Virus record (IMG/VR): IMGVR_UViG_3300009008_000024
Coordinates: 16,802-80,801 of that record
DNA from: a virus
Length of the DNA stretch: 64,000 nucleotides
Direction: 5' to 3' (one strand)
Below the pieces are notes generated by a model that ran no database searches, had not been told where the DNA came from, and worked only from the letters and a program-made list of their open reading frames with translations. Position 1 is the stretch's first letter; each line of letters starts with the position of its first letter. Made by a program: the position numbers and the translations under genes. This document shows positions 47,085 to 57,061 of this stretch, piece by piece.

Positions 47085-47311
47085 TAAGGGGAGATTTAGG
47101 TTTCCGGGCGGGAATAGGCGTTGTTATATCAACGGAGAGATGGAGTTTTGACGTTTTTGATCTGCCTTTTGCCACCCAAGAGAGATGCTTTTTTATGGAC
47201 AGTGGATCGCCGCCCGCCCTAGTTGGAGGGGTGCTGGTATACTGGTTCGGAATAGAGAAAGAGATGTGGATGGAAGATCAAGATCTTTCTCCGCTGTGAA
47301 AGGAAAAAATA

Positions 47312-47812
47312 GTGTTCAACATGCTTCTTGTTCCCGCAATGTTTTCCCTAGTAGGAAATTCGCTAGATGCTTCGGCGCGCCAACCCATCGTAGTTACTGC
47401 ATACTTGGAAGGGCGCCCCTCGCCACTAGTGGTTAGTCCAATTCAGCAGCGGGATAGAAAAAATAGAAAGATGTTCTTGTCTCGTCGCGCAGCAGAAAAC
47501 TTTAGAGATATGATGGTAGACGCCGCGCGCCAAGGAATATATATACGAGCAGTGTCCGCATATCGAACCCATCATGAGCAGCGTATCCTAAGAAGGAGAC
47601 TGGGGAGTGTTGCAGCACCACCCGGGTGGAGCAATCACCAGCAAGGCATATCAGTAGACATTGCCGGAACGCGCCGCACCATCAAGGGCAAGAAATATAG
47701 GACAATTTTGTTTTGGTGGTTGAAGAGAAATGCGAAAGAATATGGATTTTATAATGATGTTCCGGAAGAACCGTGGCATTGGACGTTTAAGGAGGTAAGA
47801 GAATATGGATAA
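47312..47812 (+). CDS. VanY/M15B-family D-Ala-D-Ala carboxypeptidase-like protein
   Basis: 'SAYRT..EQ', 'AAPPGWSNHQQG.SVD', 'WL..NA.EYGF', 'EEPWHW'. Confidence 0.85.
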   Translation: MFNMLLVPAMFSLVGNSLDASARQPIVVTAYLEGRPSPLVVSPIQQRDRKNRKMFLSRRAAENFRDMMVDAARQGIYIRAVSAYRTHHEQRILRRRLGSVAAPPGWSNHQQGISVDIAGTRRTIKGKKYRTILFWWLKRNAKEYGFYNDVPEEPWHWTFKEVREYG

Positions 47813-48408
47813 AGAGGAGGAAGGGAAGAGGAGTATGAGGCAATATCATTATGTTACAGTAATTTTGTTTGCTTCCTTGCTTGTCTTTTTGATTGCCCAG
47901 AACATACTTGCAGTTAAGTTGGTTTTGATGGGCACTGTTTGCGTAAAGGCATATGGATTTATATATAAGGAAATAAAATATGAGTTTTATTCCTGTATCA
48001 TCTATATGATGCTTTTGGCGTACTTATTATTCTACCAATAAGGTACAACATGTTTGATCGTATGAAAAGATATATATTATATATACTTTTTAGGATGTTG
48101 AGGGTGGATATAGACTTTCAGCGTAAGTGTAAATATTGCTTCAATGAGAGGACGTGGCAAACAAAGGGTGGAGAGTTAGTGTGTGATAAACATAACATTT
48201 TAGTTAAAAGGAGAAAAAAATGAGTATTCAGAGCACAATTGTAGAGGCGGTTAACCGCGCGATGAGTTCGCAAAACAGGGAAACTGCGGTACCAACCGCA
48301 GATCTGGCAAGGATGATTCAAGAGGGAGAATCCCAGATTGAAGATCTATTCACGCGCCTAAAAGAGGAGAAGCGCCAATCAATGATATTGAAAGATAGAG
48401 TTGTATCT

Positions 48409-48450
48409 CAAAAAGATACTATTGATAGACAAAAAGATACTATTGATAGA
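48409..48450 (+). repeat. 21-bp tandem duplication adding one heptad (QKDTIDR x2) in coiled-coil ORF 48220..48522
   Basis: caaaaagatactattgataga x2. Confidence 0.95.
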
Positions 48451-49519
48451 CTATCAACTAATGTTTACGAACTAAAACGGGAACTAGACAAGAAGAGGAG
48501 CATGCGCAATGAAAGAAAGTGATGAACTAATTCGTATGCTTAGGGAAATTTTAAAAAACAATTTGACAAGCGAAGCGGGTTCTGCTATTTTAGGACAAAT
48601 GGCAAGATCCCATTCTGATCCGGAGGAGAAGGTGCTTACTGTTTCAGTATATGACAAGGCGGATGACGACTCACTGTTGCCCATACCGACCCCATTGCAC
48701 GAATTCAAGTTTGCTGCTCATGAATATGAGTTGGCACTCGAAACCATGTCAACATATGATACAGATAAATTTGATGTCTCTATTATTTTTGGCAATTTTT
48801 CAAAAAGGGCAGCGAACTCAATTCACATCAGTCCTTACTTTGAATTCATATCTGCTCAGGCGCCAACAGATAGTGTGCTGAGTGGCACCAAATCAGAATA
48901 TGTGGGTGAGGCATGATCACCAAGGGTTCTCTTATACGACACAAGACCTTATCGTATCCAAAGAGTGATTTCCCAGTGCTGGGAATAGTCGTTTGCGCCG
49001 GCGATTTGGGCATTGCGGGTGATTTGGTGAGGGTATTTTGGTTCCAAAGCAGTCGTGACCAAACCATGGGGCATTTGGGATGGCGCCGCCCTTCCATCCC
49101 ACCTGTTGTGAAAACTGCGAACGTTATGCTTCATGAAGAATACGCGCCAAGAAGTCAAAAGGTGGATCGACCAATGCATCCACTTCTGAAAGATCCCTTC
49201 GACAACCTGCGCGATATGCAGAGGAGAGGGGGTGGCGACGCATGCTATTTGAAGTAAGCAATCCCAGTACTGGGCACGTGTATGATGATAGAGTTCCCCT
49301 GGAAAAGGCAGTAAACATGATTGCGGGAGATAAGGAAGAAAATGAGCAGCACTTAATTGTTCTAGAGGAGGATGCAGAGATGATGTGTAGATCGAAGCAT
49401 ATTCCCTCTTTCAAGTTGGCACTAAGAAAGGTTTCTTTGGGAGAAATTATCGAAGGTGGGTGAAAAACCTATGTGATATCATGTAGTTACGTTAAATTTC
49501 GGAAATCTTGAAGAAGTAC

Positions 49520-49548
49520 TTGACTTTTGTGACTAAATGTGCTATAAT
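49520..49548 (+). promoter_or_regulatory. sigma70-type early promoter
   Basis: TTGACT-17-TATAAT with TG extension. Confidence 0.8.
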
Positions 49549-49599
49549 ATTAAGCGAGCAGGGATCAACTGCACGGTTTTTTGAGAGGGGAAGGCACCG

Positions 49600-50265
49600 A
49601 TGATGACAACGATAGGCATACGTCTTGAGCAATTGCTTGAAAAGGTGACTGCGGCAGGAGATTCTTACAAGGTAAAACTGACAAAATCATTTATGGATCA
49701 ATATTGCAATGGTCACACTCTTTCGGCGCGCCAGGTGCAATTGTTGGAGGAGTGGGAGCGCCAATATGATGACAATAAAATGGCGCTTTTGGCAAAATGG
49801 AAAGAAGAATACTTGGCATCTGATAGCATGCAGGCGCTAATGAAACTCGCGATCAGATATTATAAAGGGATGAACTACTTCCAGGCGGTGCAAAATGAAT
49901 TCACCAATTGGCATGCCGATCCTTCCAACGAAGGAAAGATGTGGATTCCCACCCAAAGCACCTTCATGAAGATGACGCAAAATCCTTATTTTGAACGCTA
50001 CAGGGAGGAGGTGTCATCTAGTCCCAAATTTTCTGCTGGCGATTGGGTGACCGGTCGAGCATCAACGCGCAATTCGGGCGTCCTTCTTATGATTGTCAAG
50101 CAGACCGAAAAGGTACAAGCATTTAAGGGGGGCAAACAATATTTGGCACTAAGGATTGCCCAACCTTCATTCAGCAAGACCTGGAAGACTTCCAACGGAA
50201 TTACATGTCGTGTTGACGAGCGTGATATTAAAAAATTCAAGGTAAAGAAAGGAAAGCGAGCATGA
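49600..50265 (+). CDS. Hypothetical early protein
   Basis: First gene after promoter; C-terminal 'KFSAGDWV' beta-barrel-like segment. Confidence 0.6.
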   Translation: MMTTIGIRLEQLLEKVTAAGDSYKVKLTKSFMDQYCNGHTLSARQVQLLEEWERQYDDNKMALLAKWKEEYLASDSMQALMKLAIRYYKGMNYFQAVQNEFTNWHADPSNEGKMWIPTQSTFMKMTQNPYFERYREEVSSSPKFSAGDWVTGRASTRNSGVLLMIVKQTEKVQAFKGGKQYLALRIAQPSFSKTWKTSNGITCRVDERDIKKFKVKKGKRA

Positions 50266-50981
50266 GCAGGTGGGGTAGAGCAAAAGTAACGTGTAGTTAC
50301 TGTTATGGTACCGGACACAATAAGAGGGGTTGCGAAACTTACAAGAGGGATGCACAAGAAGGTCGCGTTCCAAAATTCAGACAAATAAAAAAGCGCAGGT
50401 GCTCCTATTGTGGCACAGCCGATCATGACCGTCGCAGTTGTGAATCGTTACATGATGACAAAATAAGTACAATATTGGCGAACAGGGAGTGGATCAGGTT
50501 GGTAGTGGGAGATTTGGAGAAAAGCGGAGTGGGCATTGGCACACTCATTAAATACAGTCCGCGCGGCGTCGGTAGGGGATGGATATTGGGAATGGTTACT
50601 GGGTTTAGGTGGAAAAACTTGTCCATCAACTACCCGACCAAAGCATGGATCCAGATCCGGAATTTTGGCGGCAATACTCCTGAAAATCTAATGCCACCTG
50701 GGTATTCCCCACGTGAGGTGGGATATATTTCTTTGAGAGACATACATCGCCCCGTCCTTGCTGATCGTCAAGGAACACCAGTCGCCGCGCGGGTATTGAA
50801 ACCCAACATTAAATTAGAGGGAAGCATTGCCGAGAGTGAGGTCTTCAAGATTGTATCTCCAGTTTGTTCTAATTTGACAAACCAGGCACCACAGAATATC
50901 TTGGCAGGCGGAGATGGAATAGGAGAGTTTTATGAGGGCAAGAGGAGTAAGGACTATTATGTGAACTTCGAAAAAGACTAG
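50262..50981 (+). CDS. Tandem zinc-knuckle (CCHC) protein
   Basis: 'CSYCYGTGHNKRGC' and 'CSYCGTADHDRRSC'. Confidence 0.75.
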   Translation: MSRWGRAKVTCSYCYGTGHNKRGCETYKRDAQEGRVPKFRQIKKRRCSYCGTADHDRRSCESLHDDKISTILANREWIRLVVGDLEKSGVGIGTLIKYSPRGVGRGWILGMVTGFRWKNLSINYPTKAWIQIRNFGGNTPENLMPPGYSPREVGYISLRDIHRPVLADRQGTPVAARVLKPNIKLEGSIAESEVFKIVSPVCSNLTNQAPQNILAGGDGIGEFYEGKRSKDYYVNFEKD

Positions 50982-51049
50982 ACGCATACAGAGAACGCTT
51001 ACATTTTAACACAAATTTTTACCAAAAGACACACAAGAAGGAAAAAAAG

Positions 51050-52159
51050 ATGGCATCAATTGATTTCAAGACACTCTCTTCGGTCGCTTCGATTGTACTG
51101 GACGCACGTCTTCCCATTATTTTGCGGGGGCGCCATGGCATTGGGAAGTCTGAGATTGTATATCAACTAGAAAAGACACTGAAATATACAAATGGGGTTA
51201 TCGAGCGCAGAGCGTCTCAAATGACAGAGGGAGACTTGATGGGGTTGCCGTCAATCGAGGGCAACTCTACTAGGTGGAATCCGCCAGACTGGTTCAAGTA
51301 TGGGTGCGATAATCCAGTTCTCATCTTTCTCGATGAGGTTGATCGTGCCCCGCAAGAGGTGCGACAAGGCATTTTTCAGTTGAACGATAGTCGCGAACTT
51401 AACGGGCATAAGTTGCACCCCGACACGGTGGTTGTTGCTGCCATTAACGGGGGAGAGCACGGTGCCGAATATCAGGTAGGGGAAATGGATCCTGCCGAAC
51501 TGGATCGTTACACGGTTTTTGATATTGAACCCACGGTTGAAGATTGGTTGTCATGGGCAAAGGGTACCGTAAGTGATATAGTGTGGGACTTCATAAACAA
51601 TCACCGGAATCACTTGGAGCACGAGGAATCCTACGAACCAAACAAGGTATATCCTAGTCGCAGAAGTTGGACAAGGTTGGACAAGGCACTACAATTGGCA
51701 TCCCTCCATGAAGGAGACATGAAAAGTCCGCTAATTTCCGTTCTTGCCCAGGCATTTGTTGGTTTCGAAGCAGCAGTTAAATTCAGAGATTTTGCTTCTA
51801 ACTGGGAAAGGCAGGTGTCTTTATCGGATATTCTTGAAGAGGGGAAATTCTCTCTTGTAGAGGATTTCACTATCAACGAGCATGGTGCCATGGTTGAGAA
51901 GATGGAGCAAGAGGACATTTTTAAATCTAAACTAACTGAAAATCAGCGCAACAACCTTGCCGAGTACATGTCTAGGATTCCTGGGGAATTAGCAATGAAG
52001 TTGTTTACTAGTTTTACTAATGAGATTGTAAATCTTCAGGATGAAGAGAAGATATCCGAGATTGTCAGTTTTATGGAGCACAAGTTGGATGAAAAGGGAA
52101 TCATGGTCAAGGAGTATTTGGTAGATTTGATTTCCGGAGAATATCAAGAGGAGGGATGA
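51050..52159 (+). CDS. MoxR-like AAA+ ATPase
   Basis: Walker A 'GRHGIGKS', 'GDLMGLP', Walker B 'IFLDEVDR', 'AAIN', 'DPAELDR', 'PSRRSW'. Confidence 0.88.
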   Translation: MASIDFKTLSSVASIVLDARLPIILRGRHGIGKSEIVYQLEKTLKYTNGVIERRASQMTEGDLMGLPSIEGNSTRWNPPDWFKYGCDNPVLIFLDEVDRAPQEVRQGIFQLNDSRELNGHKLHPDTVVVAAINGGEHGAEYQVGEMDPAELDRYTVFDIEPTVEDWLSWAKGTVSDIVWDFINNHRNHLEHEESYEPNKVYPSRRSWTRLDKALQLASLHEGDMKSPLISVLAQAFVGFEAAVKFRDFASNWERQVSLSDILEEGKFSLVEDFTINEHGAMVEKMEQEDIFKSKLTENQRNNLAEYMSRIPGELAMKLFTSFTNEIVNLQDEEKISEIVSFMEHKLDEKGIMVKEYLVDLISGEYQEEG

Positions 52160-52162
52160 TAA

Positions 52163-52621
52163 GTGCCATATAAAAGCATACACACCAAGAACGTTAATGT
52201 TCTTCGGAAATGGGCAAAGAATAATCACTCCATCACCACAGTCCTCGACACGGGTCAGCAAGATAGATATTTGTTGAGTGAAAGAATTATTGTCATAAAC
52301 GACGGACAGTCTGATGAGAATAAGTGTTATTCGCTGCTGCATGAATTGGGGCACCTCATGAACCGTTCTAAGAGAGAGAAGCAGTTTTGTAAGAAATATG
52401 ATTTATTGCATAAGGCGGAGGCAACGGGAGAGACCCCCAGAACATACGCATACCGCATTCAAGTTATAGAGGAAGAGATAGGGGCATGGAGAAACGGGCA
52501 GGCATTGGCAGAAAGACTAAACCTTAAGATCGATTTTGATAGGTACAATAACTATGCTTCTAGGTGCGTGATGTCCTATGTGGACTGGGCGGCAGAAAGA
52601 GATTGGAAAGACCATGTTTGA
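52163..52621 (+). CDS. HExxH metallopeptidase-like protein (ImmA/IrrE-like)
   Basis: 'LLHELGH....EEE..AW..G..LA'. Confidence 0.6.
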   Translation: MPYKSIHTKNVNVLRKWAKNNHSITTVLDTGQQDRYLLSERIIVINDGQSDENKCYSLLHELGHLMNRSKREKQFCKKYDLLHKAEATGETPRTYAYRIQVIEEEIGAWRNGQALAERLNLKIDFDRYNNYASRCVMSYVDWAAERDWKDHV

Positions 52622-53759
52622 TTTGAACTTTAGCATATACTCTCTTCTCCACGATGAACCATTTTTTGCGGCACTGTCTAGATCAGTAGACAAGCGCGCT
52701 AGCAATGCTATTCCTACGGCAGGGGTGTGCGTAGACGAAGACACGGGACACTTTATACTATATTATAACCCGGAGTATTTTCAAAAACTTTCACAGACCA
52801 AGAGAAAGGGAGTTTTGAAGCATGAGTTTTATCATCTGATCTTTGAGCACGTTACGTCTAGACTTCCGGCGCAAGGACTTACAGTGCTGTGGAATATCGC
52901 AACAGACTTAGCGATCAACTCCTATCTGCCAGACCAATTGCCAGAAGGTTGTTGTATGCCAGGGGAAGGGAAATTTGCAAAATTTCCCCTGCATAAGACA
53001 GCGGAATGGTATTTTGAACGTCTCCAGGAAGATGAAGATTTTCAAAATGATGGCAGCAATCCCGGAGAGGGTCAGTTTGATAATCATGGCGGGTGGGGAG
53101 AAGTTAGTAACCAGACCAAAGAGATAGCAAAGGAGCGGTTGAAGGGGATGGTGAAGTCTGCCTCAGAGGAATGCGCTAGCGGAAAGGGATGGGGCAGTGT
53201 AAGTACTTCGGTACGCCGGGATATTATTGATAGAATAACCTCTTCTCCTCTCGATTGGAAGAGGGTGTTGCGTTATTTTGTCAAAACATCTCAGCGCGCA
53301 GACAAGGTGTCTACAATCAAGAAGATCAATCGCAGGTATCCCTACGTGCATGCTGGGAGGAAGACATCTAGGCAAGCAAAGATTGCCATCAGCGTTGATC
53401 AATCTGGCAGCGTTTCGGATGGGATGCTCTCTGCTTTCTTCAGGGAGTTGGGCGAGTTGGCAAAGTTGGCAGAGTTTACAGTCATTCCTTTCGACGACCA
53501 GGTGTTTGAAGACAAGGTATTCGTGTGGAAGAGGGGAAAGTCTCACGCAAGGGAGAGGGTGTTGTGTGGCGGCACCAATTTTGATGCTCCTACCAAATAT
53601 GCAAACGATCATGGATTTGATGGGCACATTATTTTGACGGATATGTATGCTCCCAAGCCTATAGCAAGTAAGTGCCAGAGAATGTGGATGACGGATAGAA
53701 ATGGTGGATCAATGCCCTATTTTAAAACAAACGAGAAGATAATTGTTATTGACGCATGA
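52614..53759 (+). CDS. Metallopeptidase-vWA fusion (DUF2201-type), AAA partner
   Basis: 'IPTAGV..YYNP..LKHEFYH..H....WNIATDLAIN'; vWA 'VDQSGSV', 'GGTNF', 'ILTD'. Confidence 0.85.
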   Translation: MFDLNFSIYSLLHDEPFFAALSRSVDKRASNAIPTAGVCVDEDTGHFILYYNPEYFQKLSQTKRKGVLKHEFYHLIFEHVTSRLPAQGLTVLWNIATDLAINSYLPDQLPEGCCMPGEGKFAKFPLHKTAEWYFERLQEDEDFQNDGSNPGEGQFDNHGGWGEVSNQTKEIAKERLKGMVKSASEECASGKGWGSVSTSVRRDIIDRITSSPLDWKRVLRYFVKTSQRADKVSTIKKINRRYPYVHAGRKTSRQAKIAISVDQSGSVSDGMLSAFFRELGELAKLAEFTVIPFDDQVFEDKVFVWKRGKSHARERVLCGGTNFDAPTKYANDHGFDGHIILTDMYAPKPIASKCQRMWMTDRNGGSMPYFKTNEKIIVIDA

Positions 53760-55188
53760 AAATACTAGTTATTAATTGAAACAAGGAGGCGCTTGAGCAT
53801 GAAATTGTCTGGTTCTTATGGCGACATTTCAGATGAAGAATTTCTTCCAGATGTCTCTCCCCTTACAGAGGCAAGTTGCACACTTCAGGATTACATGAAT
53901 GCTTGGGTATTATACAACAATGACCTCCAAAAAAGATATAGTTACGAGGAATGCCTCTTCGAGGTGATCAAGGAGCGCGCCGTTTCTATTCAAGAAACTA
54001 AACAATAGGGAGAAAAGCGATGTCGAATGAAAAAACCGAAATTTTCTTTGAGAAGGAAGAGTTGCCCAAAAAAGAGTCTATAGATAGGGTCTATAGTGAG
54101 TTTGGGGGCAGTGAAACTGCGCCGCCGCATGCTAGGAAGTTTATAATGTCTAGGGATGGTCTGGCAGACTTGGCACGTAAAGGGATTCGTAGAAATAACG
54201 AAAAGAAAAGATCTCAAAAGATGACGAAAAACCCTTCCGAAACCTTCAAGAGGAAAGTCGGAGTCCTATCCGAGCATGTAATTGAATGGTGCAACTATAA
54301 GGCGTCAAAGGGTGAGTGGCGCCACGAATATGATCTTTCGAAACTTGAAGAGGAATATTTTATTCCTGTGCTAAGAGAAGTAAGGACCAAGATGAAAGAT
54401 GTAATCATAATAGTGCATGAAACTCAGCGCAAGATTGTTATAGAGTGGGGTAGTGGTGAAGTTTAGTATCACAAATTTAGAGAGAGTGGCGAGAAAGTTC
54501 GAAGCGTTTGGTATAGTGGTTGAACCGGAATTATATGCTGGAAAATATTTCATTACGCATCGCAAGGTAGGCGATAGGACTAGATATACTATCCGTCAGA
54601 TAGACGAAGACGGAAGCACGAGCGTCTTCGGGAATGTAAACGGGTTTTCAACAAGGTGGGGTGCAGAAAGATGGTTGGTGGGAAGAAGATGGTAATAAAA
54701 GAGGCGGGCGTAGTGGCGTTTTGTTATCTAATTATAATCTTTGATGCTATGGTAAAGGCAACGGGATGGAAAACGAAGTGATTAGCACATTCTCCTCCGA
54801 AATGACTTTTGGAGAATTTGTGGAGGGGATATATAATAAGGACAAGTTTCCCTTTGATAAATATCTGAGGTTTTCGTCGAAGACACAGGGAGACAAAATA
54901 GGTAAACTTATAATGGAATTGTTGGAGGAATCTTCTTTTGTGTATGATTCGACCAAAAGGTACGAAGATTCACATGTCACAACGCGCGCATATGTCTCCA
55001 AATATCACGAATACAGTGGAGACGCCGATCCTGATCCCCAAAATACGTGGGGTTGGGAAATGATAGTAGAATTTAGGGTGTTTGGTACGCGGAAAGACAG
55101 ACTATTAGCGCCCGGAATTCCTTCCCACAGTACAATAGAGATAGAGTGTATGGGATATCCATTTTAAATTATAGAAAGGAAGAAGAGA

Positions 55189-55713
55189 ATGGAAAAGAGT
55201 ATTGACTGGAGCATGTTTGATTGGAGTAGAATTTTTGGCGTAGTATCCTCAGTAGAGGGAATGAAACGCAATCAAACTAGACCGCTTCGTACAGAGATTA
55301 TTGAAATGTCAATTGATAAATACAGCAACGGTCAGTTGAAGTATGTGGGAGATAGTGCAGACGGGATGGATTTTATAGGAGTCGATGGACTAAGGTATGA
55401 GTGTAAAAGCGCCGGTTCGCTTTTTCCAAAAACTGTTCCACACACTAGGGAAATGGTCTTGAAGAATCATCGTTCTAGGCAGCAAGAAGTGGAGCAGACC
55501 TTTGATTATATGATATTGGTGGATACTGGCAAGAACCGTGTTGGCATATGCGATTGGAATTCGTGCAAGACATCTAATAAAGATGCGGTTGTGATGTTTA
55601 AAGTTGATGTGGAGGACATCACAGTTGTTGCTAAGGACGTAATTCCTGATTCTGCTTTAGCGGGGATTGATATGGAAAAATGTATAACCTCTCTCATCAG
55701 AGAGAGTATTTGA
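55189..55713 (+). CDS. PD-(D/E)xK endonuclease-like protein
   Basis: 'E......GMDF...DGLRYECK' (D-x9-ExK) and 'TFDYMILVD'. Confidence 0.55.
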   Translation: MEKSIDWSMFDWSRIFGVVSSVEGMKRNQTRPLRTEIIEMSIDKYSNGQLKYVGDSADGMDFIGVDGLRYECKSAGSLFPKTVPHTREMVLKNHRSRQQEVEQTFDYMILVDTGKNRVGICDWNSCKTSNKDAVVMFKVDVEDITVVAKDVIPDSALAGIDMEKCITSLIRESI

Positions 55714-55996
55714 AAGGGGCACAGAGATGCTGAAAAAGATTAGAGGATTTATTGATAAGCGACCAGCGGGGTGGGTACTTTTTATGCTTACTATAAGTGT
55801 AATATGTACGGTGCTGTGTTTTTCAGGCGTGATTGTTTCGTTTGTGTATTCTAGCAGTTTTGTAGACGGACTAATTGGTGCCCTGTTTCCGATGTTTCTT
55901 GCCGCGATCAACGTTGTAGCGGTGGTAGCAAACGTGGAGCGATTATCACAAATTCCAAAGAAATAAAAAATCTTCATTACACGATGAAAAAAGTCC

Positions 55997-56025
55997 TTGA
56001 CAAAGGAACTGAAATTTGGTATAAC
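55997..56025 (+). promoter_or_regulatory. sigma70-type promoter for Dam-like gene
   Basis: TTGACA-17-TATAAC with TG extension. Confidence 0.7.
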
Positions 56026-56086
56026 TAAGTTAGATTTTGGGAGAGAATTTTTCCCGGGATCAACATAGCAAAAGAACGGAGTTCGA

Positions 56087-57061
56087 GTGAAGGTCAAAAC
56101 ACCACTAAGATACCCGGGTGGAAAGAGCAGGGGTATGAAGGTACTAGATAAGTTTTTCCCAGAGAATATTAGCGAATATAGGGAACCGTTTGTAGGCGGC
56201 GGTTCTGTATTCTTATATGTACGACAAAAGTACGGACCAGGGGTGGAGTATTGGATCAATGATGGGTATCATAACTTGTATTGTTTCTGGGTTGCTTTGC
56301 GTGATGATAGCGAGCGATTAGTTGAAAAACTTATGGAGTTGAAGGTAGCGAATTCAGAACTCAACACCAAGAAGCAGATAGAAGAAATTATTGACTCTAA
56401 CCAACTTGGTAAGGAGCAAAAGAGAGAACTATACAAGAATCAAACATCTCGCGCAAGAGAACTGTTTTTGCATGCAAAAAGCAGCATTGAGGATAGCGAC
56501 GAGTTCATGAAGGGTGTGTACTTTTACATACTTAATAAATGTTCCTATTCGGGTCTCACCGAAAGTGGCACATTCTCCCCCCAAGCAAGCATTCAAAACT
56601 TTTCGGTTACTGGGATCCGAAAACTACGAGAAGTTTCTAAGTTGTTGCAGGGTGTAAAGATAACAAATTTGGATTACGCGGATGTGATGAATGGTGCGGG
56701 TAACGATACGTTCACCTTTCTTGATCCGCCCTACAAACTTCCCAAGAAGCAAAGCAACGCGCTGTATGGAAAGAATGGAGAACTCCACAAAAACTTTGAT
56801 CACCATAGGTTACATTATGTTGTGGGGAGTACTCGTGGCGCGAAGATGATAACCTACAATAACGAAGAGAGTTTGAGATACCTATATCAACACTGCCGGC
56901 AAGATGAATGGTCTTTGAAGTACGGAATGAGAATCGTTGAAAACCAGAGTGGTCTTCTGAAGGCAAAAGATTGCACAAACAACGAACTCCTTATAAGGAC
57001 TCACTGGCAGAACTTGCCGAATTTTACCACCAAAAGCAACAGGAGAGAAGATGACAAATAA
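56087..57061 (+). CDS. Dam/D12-class N6-adenine DNA methyltransferase
   Basis: 'TPLRYPGGKS', 'YREPFVGGGSV', 'IND', 'FLDPPY', 'FDH', 'ITYN', 'ELLI'. Confidence 0.92.
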   Translation: MKVKTPLRYPGGKSRGMKVLDKFFPENISEYREPFVGGGSVFLYVRQKYGPGVEYWINDGYHNLYCFWVALRDDSERLVEKLMELKVANSELNTKKQIEEIIDSNQLGKEQKRELYKNQTSRARELFLHAKSSIEDSDEFMKGVYFYILNKCSYSGLTESGTFSPQASIQNFSVTGIRKLREVSKLLQGVKITNLDYADVMNGAGNDTFTFLDPPYKLPKKQSNALYGKNGELHKNFDHHRLHYVVGSTRGAKMITYNNEESLRYLYQHCRQDEWSLKYGMRIVENQSGLLKAKDCTNNELLIRTHWQNLPNFTTKSNRREDDK

